Source of the DNA: a virus
Lineage: Duplodnaviria; Caudoviricetes
DNA: 64,000 bases
Virus record (IMG/VR): IMGVR_UViG_3300017716_001697
Coordinates: 256,001-320,000 of that record
Direction: 5' to 3' (one strand)
Each line of letters starts with the position of its first letter. Position 1 is the first letter of the stretch. Under the pieces are notes generated by a model. That model saw nothing but the letters and a program-made list of their open reading frames with translations. It did not search any database and was not told the DNA's origin. Below, one piece after another: positions 36,271-46,150 of the stretch. The position numbers were made by a program, and so were the translations under genes.

Positions 36271-37495
36271 ATCTTGTGTTACCGTAGTGTATAACCCTAC
36301 AGCCTGTAATCGCAGGCTGTTTTCTCCATAAGTCCAATATAATAGATCCTTCTTTAGGATCTATTTCCTGTTTAGTGACAGTGTCCTTTAGCGGCGAGTC
36401 ACAGTAAGTAATTGCCGCGTCGTGCATCAACAAATAAAGACACGGCCCATTTATAATTTCACTTGGCGGATGATCGTTTGTGTATTTGTCTAAATAATAA
36501 CTTCCTTTACCTAGTTCGGTTATATAATGTGCAACTAACAAACTGCCCGAACCTTCGAGGTAATCCACGCCAGGTTTATATGCCTTACCTACAATAACAA
36601 TAGGCAAGTCGCCCGCCTCAGCAATTACCTTCTTAGCAAGATTCCTGGTTTGCACTTCTCGTGCTTCCATGATTGCCCCAAACAAATCGTATTCTAAATT
36701 AAGTTCGTTGGCCATAAATCTTAGTGCAATATTATCACGTGGGTGACATGCTCCACCATCGGGGCCACCCGCAATCATATATTTTGGTCCCATAATTCGT
36801 TGAGTCGAGTTTGCTAGGGCACGCGTCACGACATCAACATCTATATTACCCTGTTTCTCGGCTACATCCTGTACCATGTTTACTAGACCGATCTTTGCAG
36901 AAATGAATGTATTATAAAATACCTTGATAGCTTCCGCTTCATCCCAGGTGCCAACTTCGTACCTAGGATTATTCTGCATAATAGATTCATAGAATGCAAT
37001 CAATTCTTTAGCATCACCTGTAACTGTTCCGTCCTCAGTACCTATAATAACCATCTCCGGGTTCACCATATCCCATGCAACGCTACCCATTGCAATAAGG
37101 TATGGATTATATATAAAACGTGCATTATTAATGAGATGTACAAACTCGCGGCGTGTAGTGCCGGGTAACACTGTACTAATAAGCACAATCAGTTGATTTT
37201 TAGTGGCTGTCTTGTTCACTTCTGTTAATATTGTTTTAACAGTTGAATAATCAAAATCACGAGGAGTAAGATGAGCAGTCGGTGTTTCGCCGCCGTACTT
37301 AGGGTCATGTGGCGTAGGGACCGCAATAAAAACAATGTTCTTATCAGCAATGACATCAGCAATAGAATTCACCATTTCGAAGTTTTTAGGAGTACGTTTA
37401 GTGGTATCATAACCTTCAACGAAATGGCCACCTGCGGCAATAGCTTCGGCACAATCTTGTCCTAATTTCCCTACACCTATAAATCCAATCTTCAT
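36260..37495 (-). CDS. UDP-glucose/GDP-mannose 6-dehydrogenase family
   Basis: GFIGVGKLG Rossmann motif, KVFYNTFIS, catalytic GGACHPRD, GKAYKP. Confidence 0.88.
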   Translation of the reverse strand: MKIGFIGVGKLGQDCAEAIAAGGHFVEGYDTTKRTPKNFEMVNSIADVIADKNIVFIAVPTPHDPKYGGETPTAHLTPRDFDYSTVKTILTEVNKTATKNQLIVLISTVLPGTTRREFVHLINNARFIYNPYLIAMGSVAWDMVNPEMVIIGTEDGTVTGDAKELIAFYESIMQNNPRYEVGTWDEAEAIKVFYNTFISAKIGLVNMVQDVAEKQGNIDVDVVTRALANSTQRIMGPKYMIAGGPDGGACHPRDNIALRFMANELNLEYDLFGAIMEAREVQTRNLAKKVIAEAGDLPIVIVGKAYKPGVDYLEGSGSLLVAHYITELGKGSYYLDKYTNDHPPSEIINGPCLYLLMHDAAITYCDSPLKDTVTKQEIDPKEGSIILDLWRKQPAITGCRVIHYGNTRSSY

Positions 37496-38145
37496 ACTTT
37501 TCTCCTTAATAATATATTTCTATGTGTAACCATTTCCTTAACTAGATCGTGCTCTTCAGCAAACTGATCAACAGCACGGATTACACCCGGGAACTGTGTT
37601 GCTTCATAATCATCGATAATTATCACGCCATCCGGTAATAATTTCGGAAACCAGTGCACCAGATCTTTATATACACCGTCGTATTCGTGGCTAGCATCGT
37701 GAAAGATAAAGTTGAACATCGGGAATTTGTCTGTAGGCATCATTGTATTTCCACGAATGCCGAATTTATTTTCTATGCCACTAGTATATGTATCCCACAA
37801 TTTATAGAATGCATGGCCGGGCAGTGAATCCGCAACTTCACCACGCACTATAGCGTCCTGCAATAATTTAGATTCGGTTGGTCCAATTTTTGAATCATGG
37901 ATCCATACTTCTTTATGTACAGATAAATCTATTGTAGGCCAGAAATCTATAGTGTATAATTTAACTGATGCCGGTTTATTATGACCTAGAGAATAGGTCG
38001 ATCTTCCGAAGAGTGCACCTAGTTCTAGTATGTTACCATCCTCAGGGACAGCCATAGCATAGTTGGCAATGACATCTAATATTTCGCGGCCATTCCAGCC
38101 CGGTATATTAGTATTGTGTTTTATATTCTGGTCGGGTGTGTGCAT
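37492..38145 (-). CDS. class I SAM-dependent methyltransferase
   Basis: LELGALFGRS; IFHDASH.Y..V..D; IIIDDY. Confidence 0.75.
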   Translation of the reverse strand: MHTPDQNIKHNTNIPGWNGREILDVIANYAMAVPEDGNILELGALFGRSTYSLGHNKPASVKLYTIDFWPTIDLSVHKEVWIHDSKIGPTESKLLQDAIVRGEVADSLPGHAFYKLWDTYTSGIENKFGIRGNTMMPTDKFPMFNFIFHDASHEYDGVYKDLVHWFPKLLPDGVIIIDDYEATQFPGVIRAVDQFAEEHDLVKEMVTHRNILLRRKV

Positions 38146-39337
38146 ATTCGTATTTCTTTCTATTAATTAATATATTATAGTTATGGTCTACAATTTCTTT
38201 TATGTTTTCTTGCCATGTGATCCACTCGGCGTCTGTAAAGGTTGACAGTCTTTTCAATTCGTTAACAATGGCATTTAGTCTGCCCGAATTGTCCTGAAGT
38301 GTGTCATATTCCTCATTTATGTGTGGTGCAAATGTTTTGTAACCCATCTGCCTTAAGGCAGCTAATGAGCCAGGCCTTGATGCTAGTATAAACGGGTGCC
38401 GCATCAATATGGGTTTGTATGTCTTTTCGGAAAAGAATATAGACTGTTCATCTACCTGTTTATTGCACATAGATGTAAAGAAATATGTTTCGGTGACTAA
38501 TGATAGATAGCTATTATCGAAAAATGCCAAATCGTCAGCTTTCACATAATTTGCATTCTCTGTCCAATCTATATTTAATTTCAGTGGAAGTTGTGGCACA
38601 AGTTGACTAAATGCATTAGCCACTGTGGTGTACATATCTGTTGGCATATTATGTTTCATGCGACTGAATAACAATTCACTATCTATCTTACTTCCGTCGT
38701 ATGATGCATCCATGAAGAATGAATAGTATGATTTAGCCACAATCCCTGCCTGATACAATAATGCAACAAGGCACAATCGGTGTTGCCTTAGTATACGGTT
38801 AAAACACACAAGTAATTTGTCTTTTGGTGATGTATTAAAATCCCTACCCGTTAACTTACTTTCTTTTCTCAACGAGTATTCCCATGTATTGCACGAAATA
38901 ACATTTATTTTCGACATTATAGCATGTTCATTACAATATATATCGTGCAGATTATCAGAGTCTAGTGCTGCGGAAAAATAATAACATTGAGATGGTTTTA
39001 TGTTTGTGCCGCGTATAGCATTGTATATATTATGTATAATAGGTGTAAAATTACCTTCGTATAAATTATCAAAGCATAGTTTAGTCTGGTCAGTGACATT
39101 ATCTACAAGATAATTACGTAAGAGGTCTACAGGTACGTTAAGGGAATTAATACCTGTAGGACCGACGCATAATCCTGCATTAATTACCAACACGTTAGGG
39201 TCACCATTGAACTCATAGAAAAAATGTGGTATCATGGAAAATATGGGCGCAGAATCATTCCCGGTGCATATAGAATCCATACTTTTACCGAATACATTAT
39301 AAATTTCAGAAGGTGTTTTAGTATAGATATCAGTCAT
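38108..39337 (-). CDS. putative glycosyltransferase-like protein
   Basis: FNR...HR, SLVTET, FSEKTYKP, GYKTF patterns; cluster context. Confidence 0.5.
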   Translation of the reverse strand: MTDIYTKTPSEIYNVFGKSMDSICTGNDSAPIFSMIPHFFYEFNGDPNVLVINAGLCVGPTGINSLNVPVDLLRNYLVDNVTDQTKLCFDNLYEGNFTPIIHNIYNAIRGTNIKPSQCYYFSAALDSDNLHDIYCNEHAIMSKINVISCNTWEYSLRKESKLTGRDFNTSPKDKLLVCFNRILRQHRLCLVALLYQAGIVAKSYYSFFMDASYDGSKIDSELLFSRMKHNMPTDMYTTVANAFSQLVPQLPLKLNIDWTENANYVKADDLAFFDNSYLSLVTETYFFTSMCNKQVDEQSIFFSEKTYKPILMRHPFILASRPGSLAALRQMGYKTFAPHINEEYDTLQDNSGRLNAIVNELKRLSTFTDAEWITWQENIKEIVDHNYNILINRKKYEYAHTRPEYKTQY

Positions 39338-39930
39338 GTCTTCCCTATAATCATATATCGCGTATACATGGGTAGCACCAGTTCACCTGTGTATATAATT
39401 TCATTTAATTTAACTTGGTTTAAAAACTCATCTTTACTGTTAACACAATTAATATGTCCGCCACCTGCGACATAATTATTCGACTGTAAGACAACCATTG
39501 TGTTCTTAGATAATAAATCTAACCACGCATTTACAGAGGATATGTGTTCACAACTGGTGTTGATAACACAATCTTCAGTGTAATTATACCTATACATATC
39601 CTCTGTGACAGTACTTAGTGTGCTAGAATTATATATTATGTTCTTTATGAATTTTTCGCAGCGCGGGTCAATGTCTAGCATTGTGATATGTGTGCTAGGC
39701 ATTTGTTTAGATAACATAATACCTAGTGTGCCATACCATGCACCAACAATTGCGATAGATGATATATCCGTAAAGAATGCTACCTTAGTCAGTTCTTGTA
39801 TGATCCATTCTTTACTGTGTATTTGTCCGGAACTAAACATGTCACGAAATTCGTCATATCGTGGCGCATATTCTGCAGGCGTCGAATATAGTGCATTTGT
39901 GTAGCTAATGATAAGTTCCGAATCTATCAC
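39334..39930 (-). CDS. methyltransferase-fold protein
   Basis: IVGAWYG, LDIDP, INTSCEH. Confidence 0.6.
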   Translation of the reverse strand: MIDSELIISYTNALYSTPAEYAPRYDEFRDMFSSGQIHSKEWIIQELTKVAFFTDISSIAIVGAWYGTLGIMLSKQMPSTHITMLDIDPRCEKFIKNIIYNSSTLSTVTEDMYRYNYTEDCVINTSCEHISSVNAWLDLLSKNTMVVLQSNNYVAGGGHINCVNSKDEFLNQVKLNEIIYTGELVLPMYTRYMIIGKT

Positions 39931-40928
39931 TTATTTAACTTCCTTAATTCGTTCAATTCTTCTTCTGTGAACATCTTATTCATACGAGGTGCATGAATAA
40001 TTGCCGATTTATAAAACTTGCTTTGCAAATCATCTAGTTCAGCAACCTGTATGCCGAGCCCTTTTCTTAGCTCATTACCTAGGTCAGTGATAGATTGATC
40101 TAGTCTAGCGGCATCCCACTTGTAACTTGTTTTATAACAATTATTGATGTTCACAGTGTTAGCATCGGCCGCAAACTGTGGCGCAATCATTTCTCTCCAC
40201 AATGCATTCAAATATTCAAAATCGCGTACATTGACATAATCCCAGTCGGTTAAATTGGTCATCTGACACCCTAATCTGGCACCATACATTGCCCATTTAC
40301 CGTGTTCCACGTCTGCACCAACACTACACCATGTGATAAGTCTCTTATAATTACCCCACCAGATGCTTTTCTCGAAGTTATCTTTATCAGCAATGCCGCC
40401 CTGATTTAAACTCATTTTCACGCCTTCACGGAAGCCTGCCCTAAATGCCTGGCGCGGACTCCCATTAGGATAGGTGACACTATATTGGTTAGTCATTTGC
40501 ACATAGTTATTATCCCAACAAAATTCTACCTGATTACGCTTGTCATCTGATTCAGAGTTCTCGTGTGTACGCATATTGAGTACATATTGTTTAGGCCACA
40601 ATTTTAGGCCACCGTTACCATATTCTAACCCGTTTATGTAATTCTGTGCGGCCCAACTAATTGCCTTATCTTTTAATTTAGGATGATCAAGGTCTAGTTC
40701 CATATCAAAGAAAGAAGTATCGACAACATTGTCAGCATCTACCGATATAAACATGTCTGTATCAGATAATTCGGCAGCGGCCTTGTGTGCCGCATCACTA
40801 CCCTCTACGCCATGCACACGTTTAGCCCACGGGGCCTTACTTTCTAAATCAGCCCAATTTTCTTCACAATTGTCCTCATCGTAGCTAATGAAAATAATAT
40901 CATACTCGTTTAGTAATTTAAATGCCAT
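39927..40928 (-). CDS. GT-A fold glycosyltransferase-like protein
   Basis: DIIFISYDE, HGVEG..AH, VDADN (DxD). Confidence 0.65.
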   Translation of the reverse strand: MAFKLLNEYDIIFISYDEDNCEENWADLESKAPWAKRVHGVEGSDAAHKAAAELSDTDMFISVDADNVVDTSFFDMELDLDHPKLKDKAISWAAQNYINGLEYGNGGLKLWPKQYVLNMRTHENSESDDKRNQVEFCWDNNYVQMTNQYSVTYPNGSPRQAFRAGFREGVKMSLNQGGIADKDNFEKSIWWGNYKRLITWCSVGADVEHGKWAMYGARLGCQMTNLTDWDYVNVRDFEYLNALWREMIAPQFAADANTVNINNCYKTSYKWDAARLDQSITDLGNELRKGLGIQVAELDDLQSKFYKSAIIHAPRMNKMFTEEELNELRKLNK

Positions 40929-41542
40929 TATGCACCTTTCTCTGAATAGCTATAGCCATTTATTAATTTCTGCGTATATACGCTCACATTCTTTAATTCC
41001 ATCGGATATTTTATATACAGTGCACCTTCTTCGAACAACTTGGCAGGCACAAAATCAATAGTATGTAATAAGAAATATGGATCATCTTTCTTAGTAAAGA
41101 ACAGAGATACTACGGGGGTATCGATGAATTTTTCTATGCCATCCTTTTCTTCATCGGTGCCATCTTCCCGGAGCACTCTCACTGATGGATTTATCTTAAG
41201 TTTCATGTGTTTATCGGATACGATATTTTCAATTATTATACTTGCATCCCTATTTCTTGGAATGTTCTCTATTTGCGTTAAATATGTATCTGCACGTCTT
41301 AACAGATTAGGGACAGATGCTATCTTCTTTTCAATTGTATAATCAGTTGACAATGTAGTCTTAACAACCTTAATACGGTAGTTGAATGTATTGAGTTTTC
41401 CTGTTAGGAAATCACCAACAGTTTCTAACGGGAGTGTTGTAGAGTTATATAGGTTATCGAGCGCTGTATCGTGATGCGGACAGATTGACTTAATGTCGCC
41501 ATTAACATCGTAATATACATACATAAGAGTTAGTGTGGTCAT
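40928..41542 (-). CDS. hypothetical protein
   Basis: coupled ORF in operon. Confidence 0.7.
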   Translation of the reverse strand: MTTLTLMYVYYDVNGDIKSICPHHDTALDNLYNSTTLPLETVGDFLTGKLNTFNYRIKVVKTTLSTDYTIEKKIASVPNLLRRADTYLTQIENIPRNRDASIIIENIVSDKHMKLKINPSVRVLREDGTDEEKDGIEKFIDTPVVSLFFTKKDDPYFLLHTIDFVPAKLFEEGALYIKYPMELKNVSVYTQKLINGYSYSEKGA

Positions 41543-42399
41543 TTAGTTGCTACCGCTATTTCTAATTTGTCAATCATACTATCTGTTAACCAATCTTTTA
41601 TGTGATAATGAAAAGGTAACGACTGTGCGTAATTACCTATCTTAAAGCTACCGTCTTCCTTGAAGTATGTCGGTATATGTTTCGTCCAGTCCTCGGATAT
41701 AAATTTCTCGCTTATATTCTGAAGATGCCCCTTCATGTGCACAAACGACGGCATAGAGTCTAGATTACCAAAACATTCATTTTCTATACCGAGCAACTTA
41801 ATCGCGAGTGCATACGCCACATCTCCGGACAGGTGTTTAGGCCGAGTCTGATCTAGGAATTCATAGAAGAATCTTTCCCAATTATTAAATATAATTTCTA
41901 TCATCTTAAACAATTCTGCAGTAAATTCGGTCTTCTTAAAATACATGAATGCAGTATACACGTTTGGCAAATCATTTGCAACAAACGAATCCCTGTAGCG
42001 TGTAGATGTAATAACTTCGCCGCGATATGTTCTCGGTTTATTCGTTATCCATACATCCTGCGATGCCATAATGTCCCACCAGTGACTTATATCTTCCGGA
42101 AATAGCATGTCGGCATCTAGTATAACAGTTTCGTCAAACGGAGTCATGTAATAATACTTCCATTTATTTTCGATTTTCCATTTAGAATTTGCCGCATGAT
42201 CAATCCATGGAATAGGTATTATATGGTCAAAGACTGCTATAACTTTCGGATCAAGTAACGCAATGTTGGCATCAGTCGCAAGGCATATCTTATTTTCAGA
42301 CGACTGGCTGTTCTTTATGCTTAATGCAAGTGCATAGGCCATTCGAATGTAATCTTCGTTGCACGAATCCTGGGCTAAGACTAGATATCCTCTGCTCAT
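41539..42399 (-). CDS. GT8-like glycosyltransferase
   Basis: RGYLV, PFDETVILDADML (DxD); start moved to MSRGY. Confidence 0.65.
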   Translation of the reverse strand: MSRGYLVLAQDSCNEDYIRMAYALALSIKNSQSSENKICLATDANIALLDPKVIAVFDHIIPIPWIDHAANSKWKIENKWKYYYMTPFDETVILDADMLFPEDISHWWDIMASQDVWITNKPRTYRGEVITSTRYRDSFVANDLPNVYTAFMYFKKTEFTAELFKMIEIIFNNWERFFYEFLDQTRPKHLSGDVAYALAIKLLGIENECFGNLDSMPSFVHMKGHLQNISEKFISEDWTKHIPTYFKEDGSFKIGNYAQSLPFHYHIKDWLTDSMIDKLEIAVATK

Positions 42400-43271
42400 T
42401 TGTATAATCCAATCAGTGTATCGCTGTGGCGATTTATCGACCATTTATTCATAATGTGGATATCTTGGTCTTTTATTCTAGCCATTGTGTAAGTACCTTT
42501 CGCTGGCTTTTCTGCAAATATAGTAATATCATTTAGCCCATTTACTGAATGAATATCGTGTGTATCCCAGGACATCATTAATCCAGGTATAGGCAGATTT
42601 ACTGTTGACGAGTTTATATTCGAGAACCCATTTAACATGTGCACCGCTATACTGAACGCATTATCGTTTCTAAACATACCATTTGAGAAATAGTACAGTT
42701 GCTTATAATATGCATAATTATCTTGTATATGCCTTACTGTGTCGAATAGAAACTCTGCATATTCGCATTTCTTGAAGTATATAACTGTAGCCCAATATTG
42801 TGTTATGCCAAAGTCGTCTATATTCTTAACATAAGGCTCATCTGAATTTCCGGGATTAAAGATCCTGTTGTCAATCATAACTTCGGAATCACTGCCCCAA
42901 CATTTATCAAGCGCATCACTCATTATAAGATAATCAGCATCAATAAACAACGTTTCATCATATGGTGATAAGCTATATGCTTCCCAGTGATTACAATTAT
43001 AGAATTGTAATGTTTTACTAGCAGTAGCATCTGCATAGCTTCGTTTATTGCTAAAATTAGTGTCTGATTTGACTGTTAGTATATTTTCGAAACACTGATT
43101 TATTAATTCATCACCTAACGATTTCTTGCCCCAGCCCAGAGTACCAGCATCAGTTACTAATGTAACCTTTACTTGTAGATTTTTCTGCACCATCAGTGCA
43201 TTAGCACATGCTACCTTAAAATAATCAATTTCGGTATTGTTGTGTGCATACATTAATACGCCACGTGTCAT
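42396..43271 (-). CDS. GT8-like glycosyltransferase (paralogue of next gene)
   Basis: RGVLM, PYDETLFIDADYL (DxD). Confidence 0.65.
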   Translation of the reverse strand: MTRGVLMYAHNNTEIDYFKVACANALMVQKNLQVKVTLVTDAGTLGWGKKSLGDELINQCFENILTVKSDTNFSNKRSYADATASKTLQFYNCNHWEAYSLSPYDETLFIDADYLIMSDALDKCWGSDSEVMIDNRIFNPGNSDEPYVKNIDDFGITQYWATVIYFKKCEYAEFLFDTVRHIQDNYAYYKQLYYFSNGMFRNDNAFSIAVHMLNGFSNINSSTVNLPIPGLMMSWDTHDIHSVNGLNDITIFAEKPAKGTYTMARIKDQDIHIMNKWSINRHSDTLIGLYK

Positions 43272-43627
43272 TATACGTCCTTAATATCTAGGATGGATTT
43301 AACACTCCTTGATTGTTTGATTATTTGTGATTCCCTAAAGTAGTCATTTGTTACTTCAAAGTATAAGGTTGTGATTTTCTGCAAGAATGCAGCAGTGTCT
43401 TTGATAGACACCGGAGATTTATTGTCGTCAAGCAATGTAGCTTCTGAATATCCGTTGCGCACTAGATAATCAAGGAAACATATTAGTTGTTGGTTTATTG
43501 TGAATTTTCCACCAGCTTCGGCCACCATAAGTGTACCTTCAGCCTTAGTCTTTAATTTGTGGAGTTGGTTGTTAAGTGTTTGCTTATAATTGGCAAACGC
43601 AATTGCATTTTGTAATCTGTCGTCCAT
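43271..43627 (-). CDS. hypothetical protein
   Basis: GATAAATA and SD gggg upstream; coupled to GT genes. Confidence 0.7.
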   Translation of the reverse strand: MDDRLQNAIAFANYKQTLNNQLHKLKTKAEGTLMVAEAGGKFTINQQLICFLDYLVRNGYSEATLLDDNKSPVSIKDTAAFLQKITTLYFEVTNDYFRESQIIKQSRSVKSILDIKDV

Positions 43628-43687
43628 TAAAACCCCCGTTAAAGCTATTTATCGTTAGCATTAACGGTGGTTATTAGTTTTGGTCTA

Positions 43688-44635
43688 TTACATTGTTGAT
43701 GTAAATACAGGGTTGATAATTGTAGGTAATGCAATTACGACAGCATCGGTTGATCTAAGAGTATTAATATGAAATGTAGTGATGCCTGTCTTTGTGTTCG
43801 GTAGCGCATCTAAGTCGTCCATTTCAAACTTCAAATCTACAAGGCCACTAGCACCGGCTGATGCATATTTTGCACTAACTGTAATAGAGCTACCAGCATA
43901 ATATGGGCCACTTGTTGGGACGCCGTGATACAAAATCTTATACGAATTTGTTAAGCTATAGAACCCAACATTAGGCACTGCGCCACCAATAGTGTTAGTT
44001 GTTGTGAAATAATTCATTACAGTCGGCGCGCTCATGTTTGATAACAATGTATTCCACATAACATCCTCTGGTGAAGATGTCGGTGTATACGACCCCGTAA
44101 ATGAAAGATAACCGCCGGTGTTGAAGAAATATCGTGCGTTATCCCATGAACCAAAATTAACCTGACATGTAAATGTTAATTTAGATTTCCATGATCCTGA
44201 GGATTGCGTCTGTGCGGCACCCGACACTAAAGTGGATTGTCCTAACGCTAAATTGAATCTATTTGTTATCAGCGATGTTACTACTGAACTAAAAGTTGCA
44301 GGGGTATTATGCGCAGTGACAACATTACCTGCCACTGGGTCAGCAACAGGCAACGGTGGAGAAACAGTTGTACCCTGATGTGTACCAGACGCCCTCATCG
44401 TATCGAACAATGCGGCCCATTCTGACGCCTGCACAGGTGCTCCTACGAGCACAGTGGATAGCGATGGCGTACGGCCATAGCCGTACGTACACGGATCGGT
44501 AGGATTGTATGTTCCTAATGTTAGTGGCACAGTCCCCGGATACAAATCGGAATACACTTGATTCATTCCACCCACTAATGTAGAAAAGGTGTTATAGTCA
44601 AGGGCCTGTATTGGGCCGCCTGTAGCGTAAGTCAT
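43688..44635 (-). CDS. putative virion structural protein
   Basis: T/S/G/P-rich; lies in structural operon. Confidence 0.55.
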   Translation of the reverse strand: MTYATGGPIQALDYNTFSTLVGGMNQVYSDLYPGTVPLTLGTYNPTDPCTYGYGRTPSLSTVLVGAPVQASEWAALFDTMRASGTHQGTTVSPPLPVADPVAGNVVTAHNTPATFSSVVTSLITNRFNLALGQSTLVSGAAQTQSSGSWKSKLTFTCQVNFGSWDNARYFFNTGGYLSFTGSYTPTSSPEDVMWNTLLSNMSAPTVMNYFTTTNTIGGAVPNVGFYSLTNSYKILYHGVPTSGPYYAGSSITVSAKYASAGASGLVDLKFEMDDLDALPNTKTGITTFHINTLRSTDAVVIALPTIINPVFTSTM

Positions 44636-44653
44636 ATATTATCTCCAGTTGGT

Positions 44654-45154
44654 TTAAGAATAGACCGCTGGGAATATTTGGCGATATGCTCCATTTGCCC
44701 ATATAGAAATAACTGATCCTACAATAAGGATATCGCCGTCTTCTTCTAACCCCGGAGTCGGATTAACAACAGGTACGTGGCCGCCGCGAATAATAATTTC
44801 GCCTGCTGGATTTGCCACAACCACCTGACTCCAGTTTGCTGCGCCACCCGAAGTTGCACTAGAATTTCTGACGTGCAACACCCCTGTAGTGGTAGATGTC
44901 TTTTCAAACCACAGCTGACCTTGTACCGCGAATGCGTCACCTGGCCTAAATGCTGTAGTGCTTGCAAAGTTCTCAGTCATTTGCAAGAAGTTTTGTGCAG
45001 TAGGTGCACCGTAATTAATTGCGTTACGGCCTACAAGCTGAGTACCGACACCAACACCCGGGCCGTGTGCATTTGCATTATAGAATGCGGTATCTATTGC
45101 ATTATCCGGCACAATAACCGGTGTACCGTCTGCATGATAAATTGTGTATGACAT
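44654..45154 (-). CDS. putative tail-fibre-associated structural protein
   Basis: YG..NF..M.ENFA...GQLW pattern; context. Confidence 0.55.
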   Translation of the reverse strand: MSYTIYHADGTPVIVPDNAIDTAFYNANAHGPGVGVGTQLVGRNAINYGAPTAQNFLQMTENFASTTAFRPGDAFAVQGQLWFEKTSTTTGVLHVRNSSATSGGAANWSQVVVANPAGEIIIRGGHVPVVNPTPGLEEDGDILIVGSVISIWANGAYRQIFPAVYS

Positions 45155-45183
45155 TAGTGAAATTCCTTAGTTTTTGTTATTTA

Positions 45184-45945
45184 TCAATTTGCACCCATCT
45201 GTATGCGTAAGGTGTAGATGATTTCGAGTGACCTGTTTGATGCTTTTTGAATTGGATGAAAAACAACATGTGTTATCATCAACTTAGATTTGGCACCTAT
45301 TTGCTTAGAGAAATTTACGCCCTGGTTAATAAAATTATCAACCTCGGAAGTTGTTTGAGTAAAATTACCAGCAAATAAATTCTCAGACCCAACGAACAGG
45401 CCTATTTCGTTGAATACCATCTCGTTTGCGTTAGAGATACCGTTTGTTGATAACGGAGTACCAACGAACGTCGAATTATCGAGTAACGATTGTGTTATAG
45501 AAGTTGGGCCTGCTGCACTCGACGGCGGCTCGCTGTAGCTTAACGTAACATCCACGACTATGTCTTCGTAATTCGTAGATATATCAGCAGACGGGATATA
45601 TGCCTTAGAAAACTGTTGATAGTTCAGGGAATCAGTTGAATCATTTGATAATTTCTTTACGTATATAGTGTTATACAAATTAGCGGTAGGATTCTTTACT
45701 AAACTAGACGAACCACCGATTGACGGTTTGTATGAAATGATACCGGTCGGGCCGACATATGCTCCGCCATTACCGAATGCCATATAGCACAGAAAGCTAT
45801 CTGGATTACCTATAAGGGCGTGCGCCAAAGCGGTAGATAGGTTCCCATATAGGACATCATTATGAGTATCAAGTAATACCTCTTTAGTATCTTTATCAAT
45901 AATCTTAACAAATCCCTGGATTGAACCACGAATAAATTCCTGCAT
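45184..45945 (-). CDS. putative virion structural protein
   Basis: context; FNEIGL motif. Confidence 0.5.
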   Translation of the reverse strand: MQEFIRGSIQGFVKIIDKDTKEVLLDTHNDVLYGNLSTALAHALIGNPDSFLCYMAFGNGGAYVGPTGIISYKPSIGGSSSLVKNPTANLYNTIYVKKLSNDSTDSLNYQQFSKAYIPSADISTNYEDIVVDVTLSYSEPPSSAAGPTSITQSLLDNSTFVGTPLSTNGISNANEMVFNEIGLFVGSENLFAGNFTQTTSEVDNFINQGVNFSKQIGAKSKLMITHVVFHPIQKASNRSLEIIYTLRIQMGAN

Positions 45946-45946
45946 C

Positions 45947-46096
45947 TTAACCCCTTTTATTTACAAACACTTCGCCTGTATCTTTATCTCTTATCAGCAC
46001 ATGACAATGTACTTCTACATTAGCAATATCCATATACCCGGATTCCTTTACTGGCTCGGGTTTCGGTGTGTCTACTTTGTCTTCAACGTTGTCCAT
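45947..46096 (-). CDS. 49-aa hypothetical protein (not in ORF track)
   Basis: manual translation MDNVEDK...HVLIRDKDTGEVFVNKRG; SD and GATAAATA upstream. Confidence 0.65.
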   Translation of the reverse strand: MDNVEDKVDTPKPEPVKESGYMDIANVEVHCHVLIRDKDTGEVFVNKRG

Positions 46097-46150
46097 AATG
46101 TCCTTTGCTATTTGCTTTATTTATCATCATAATTATATACTCATTTTATA

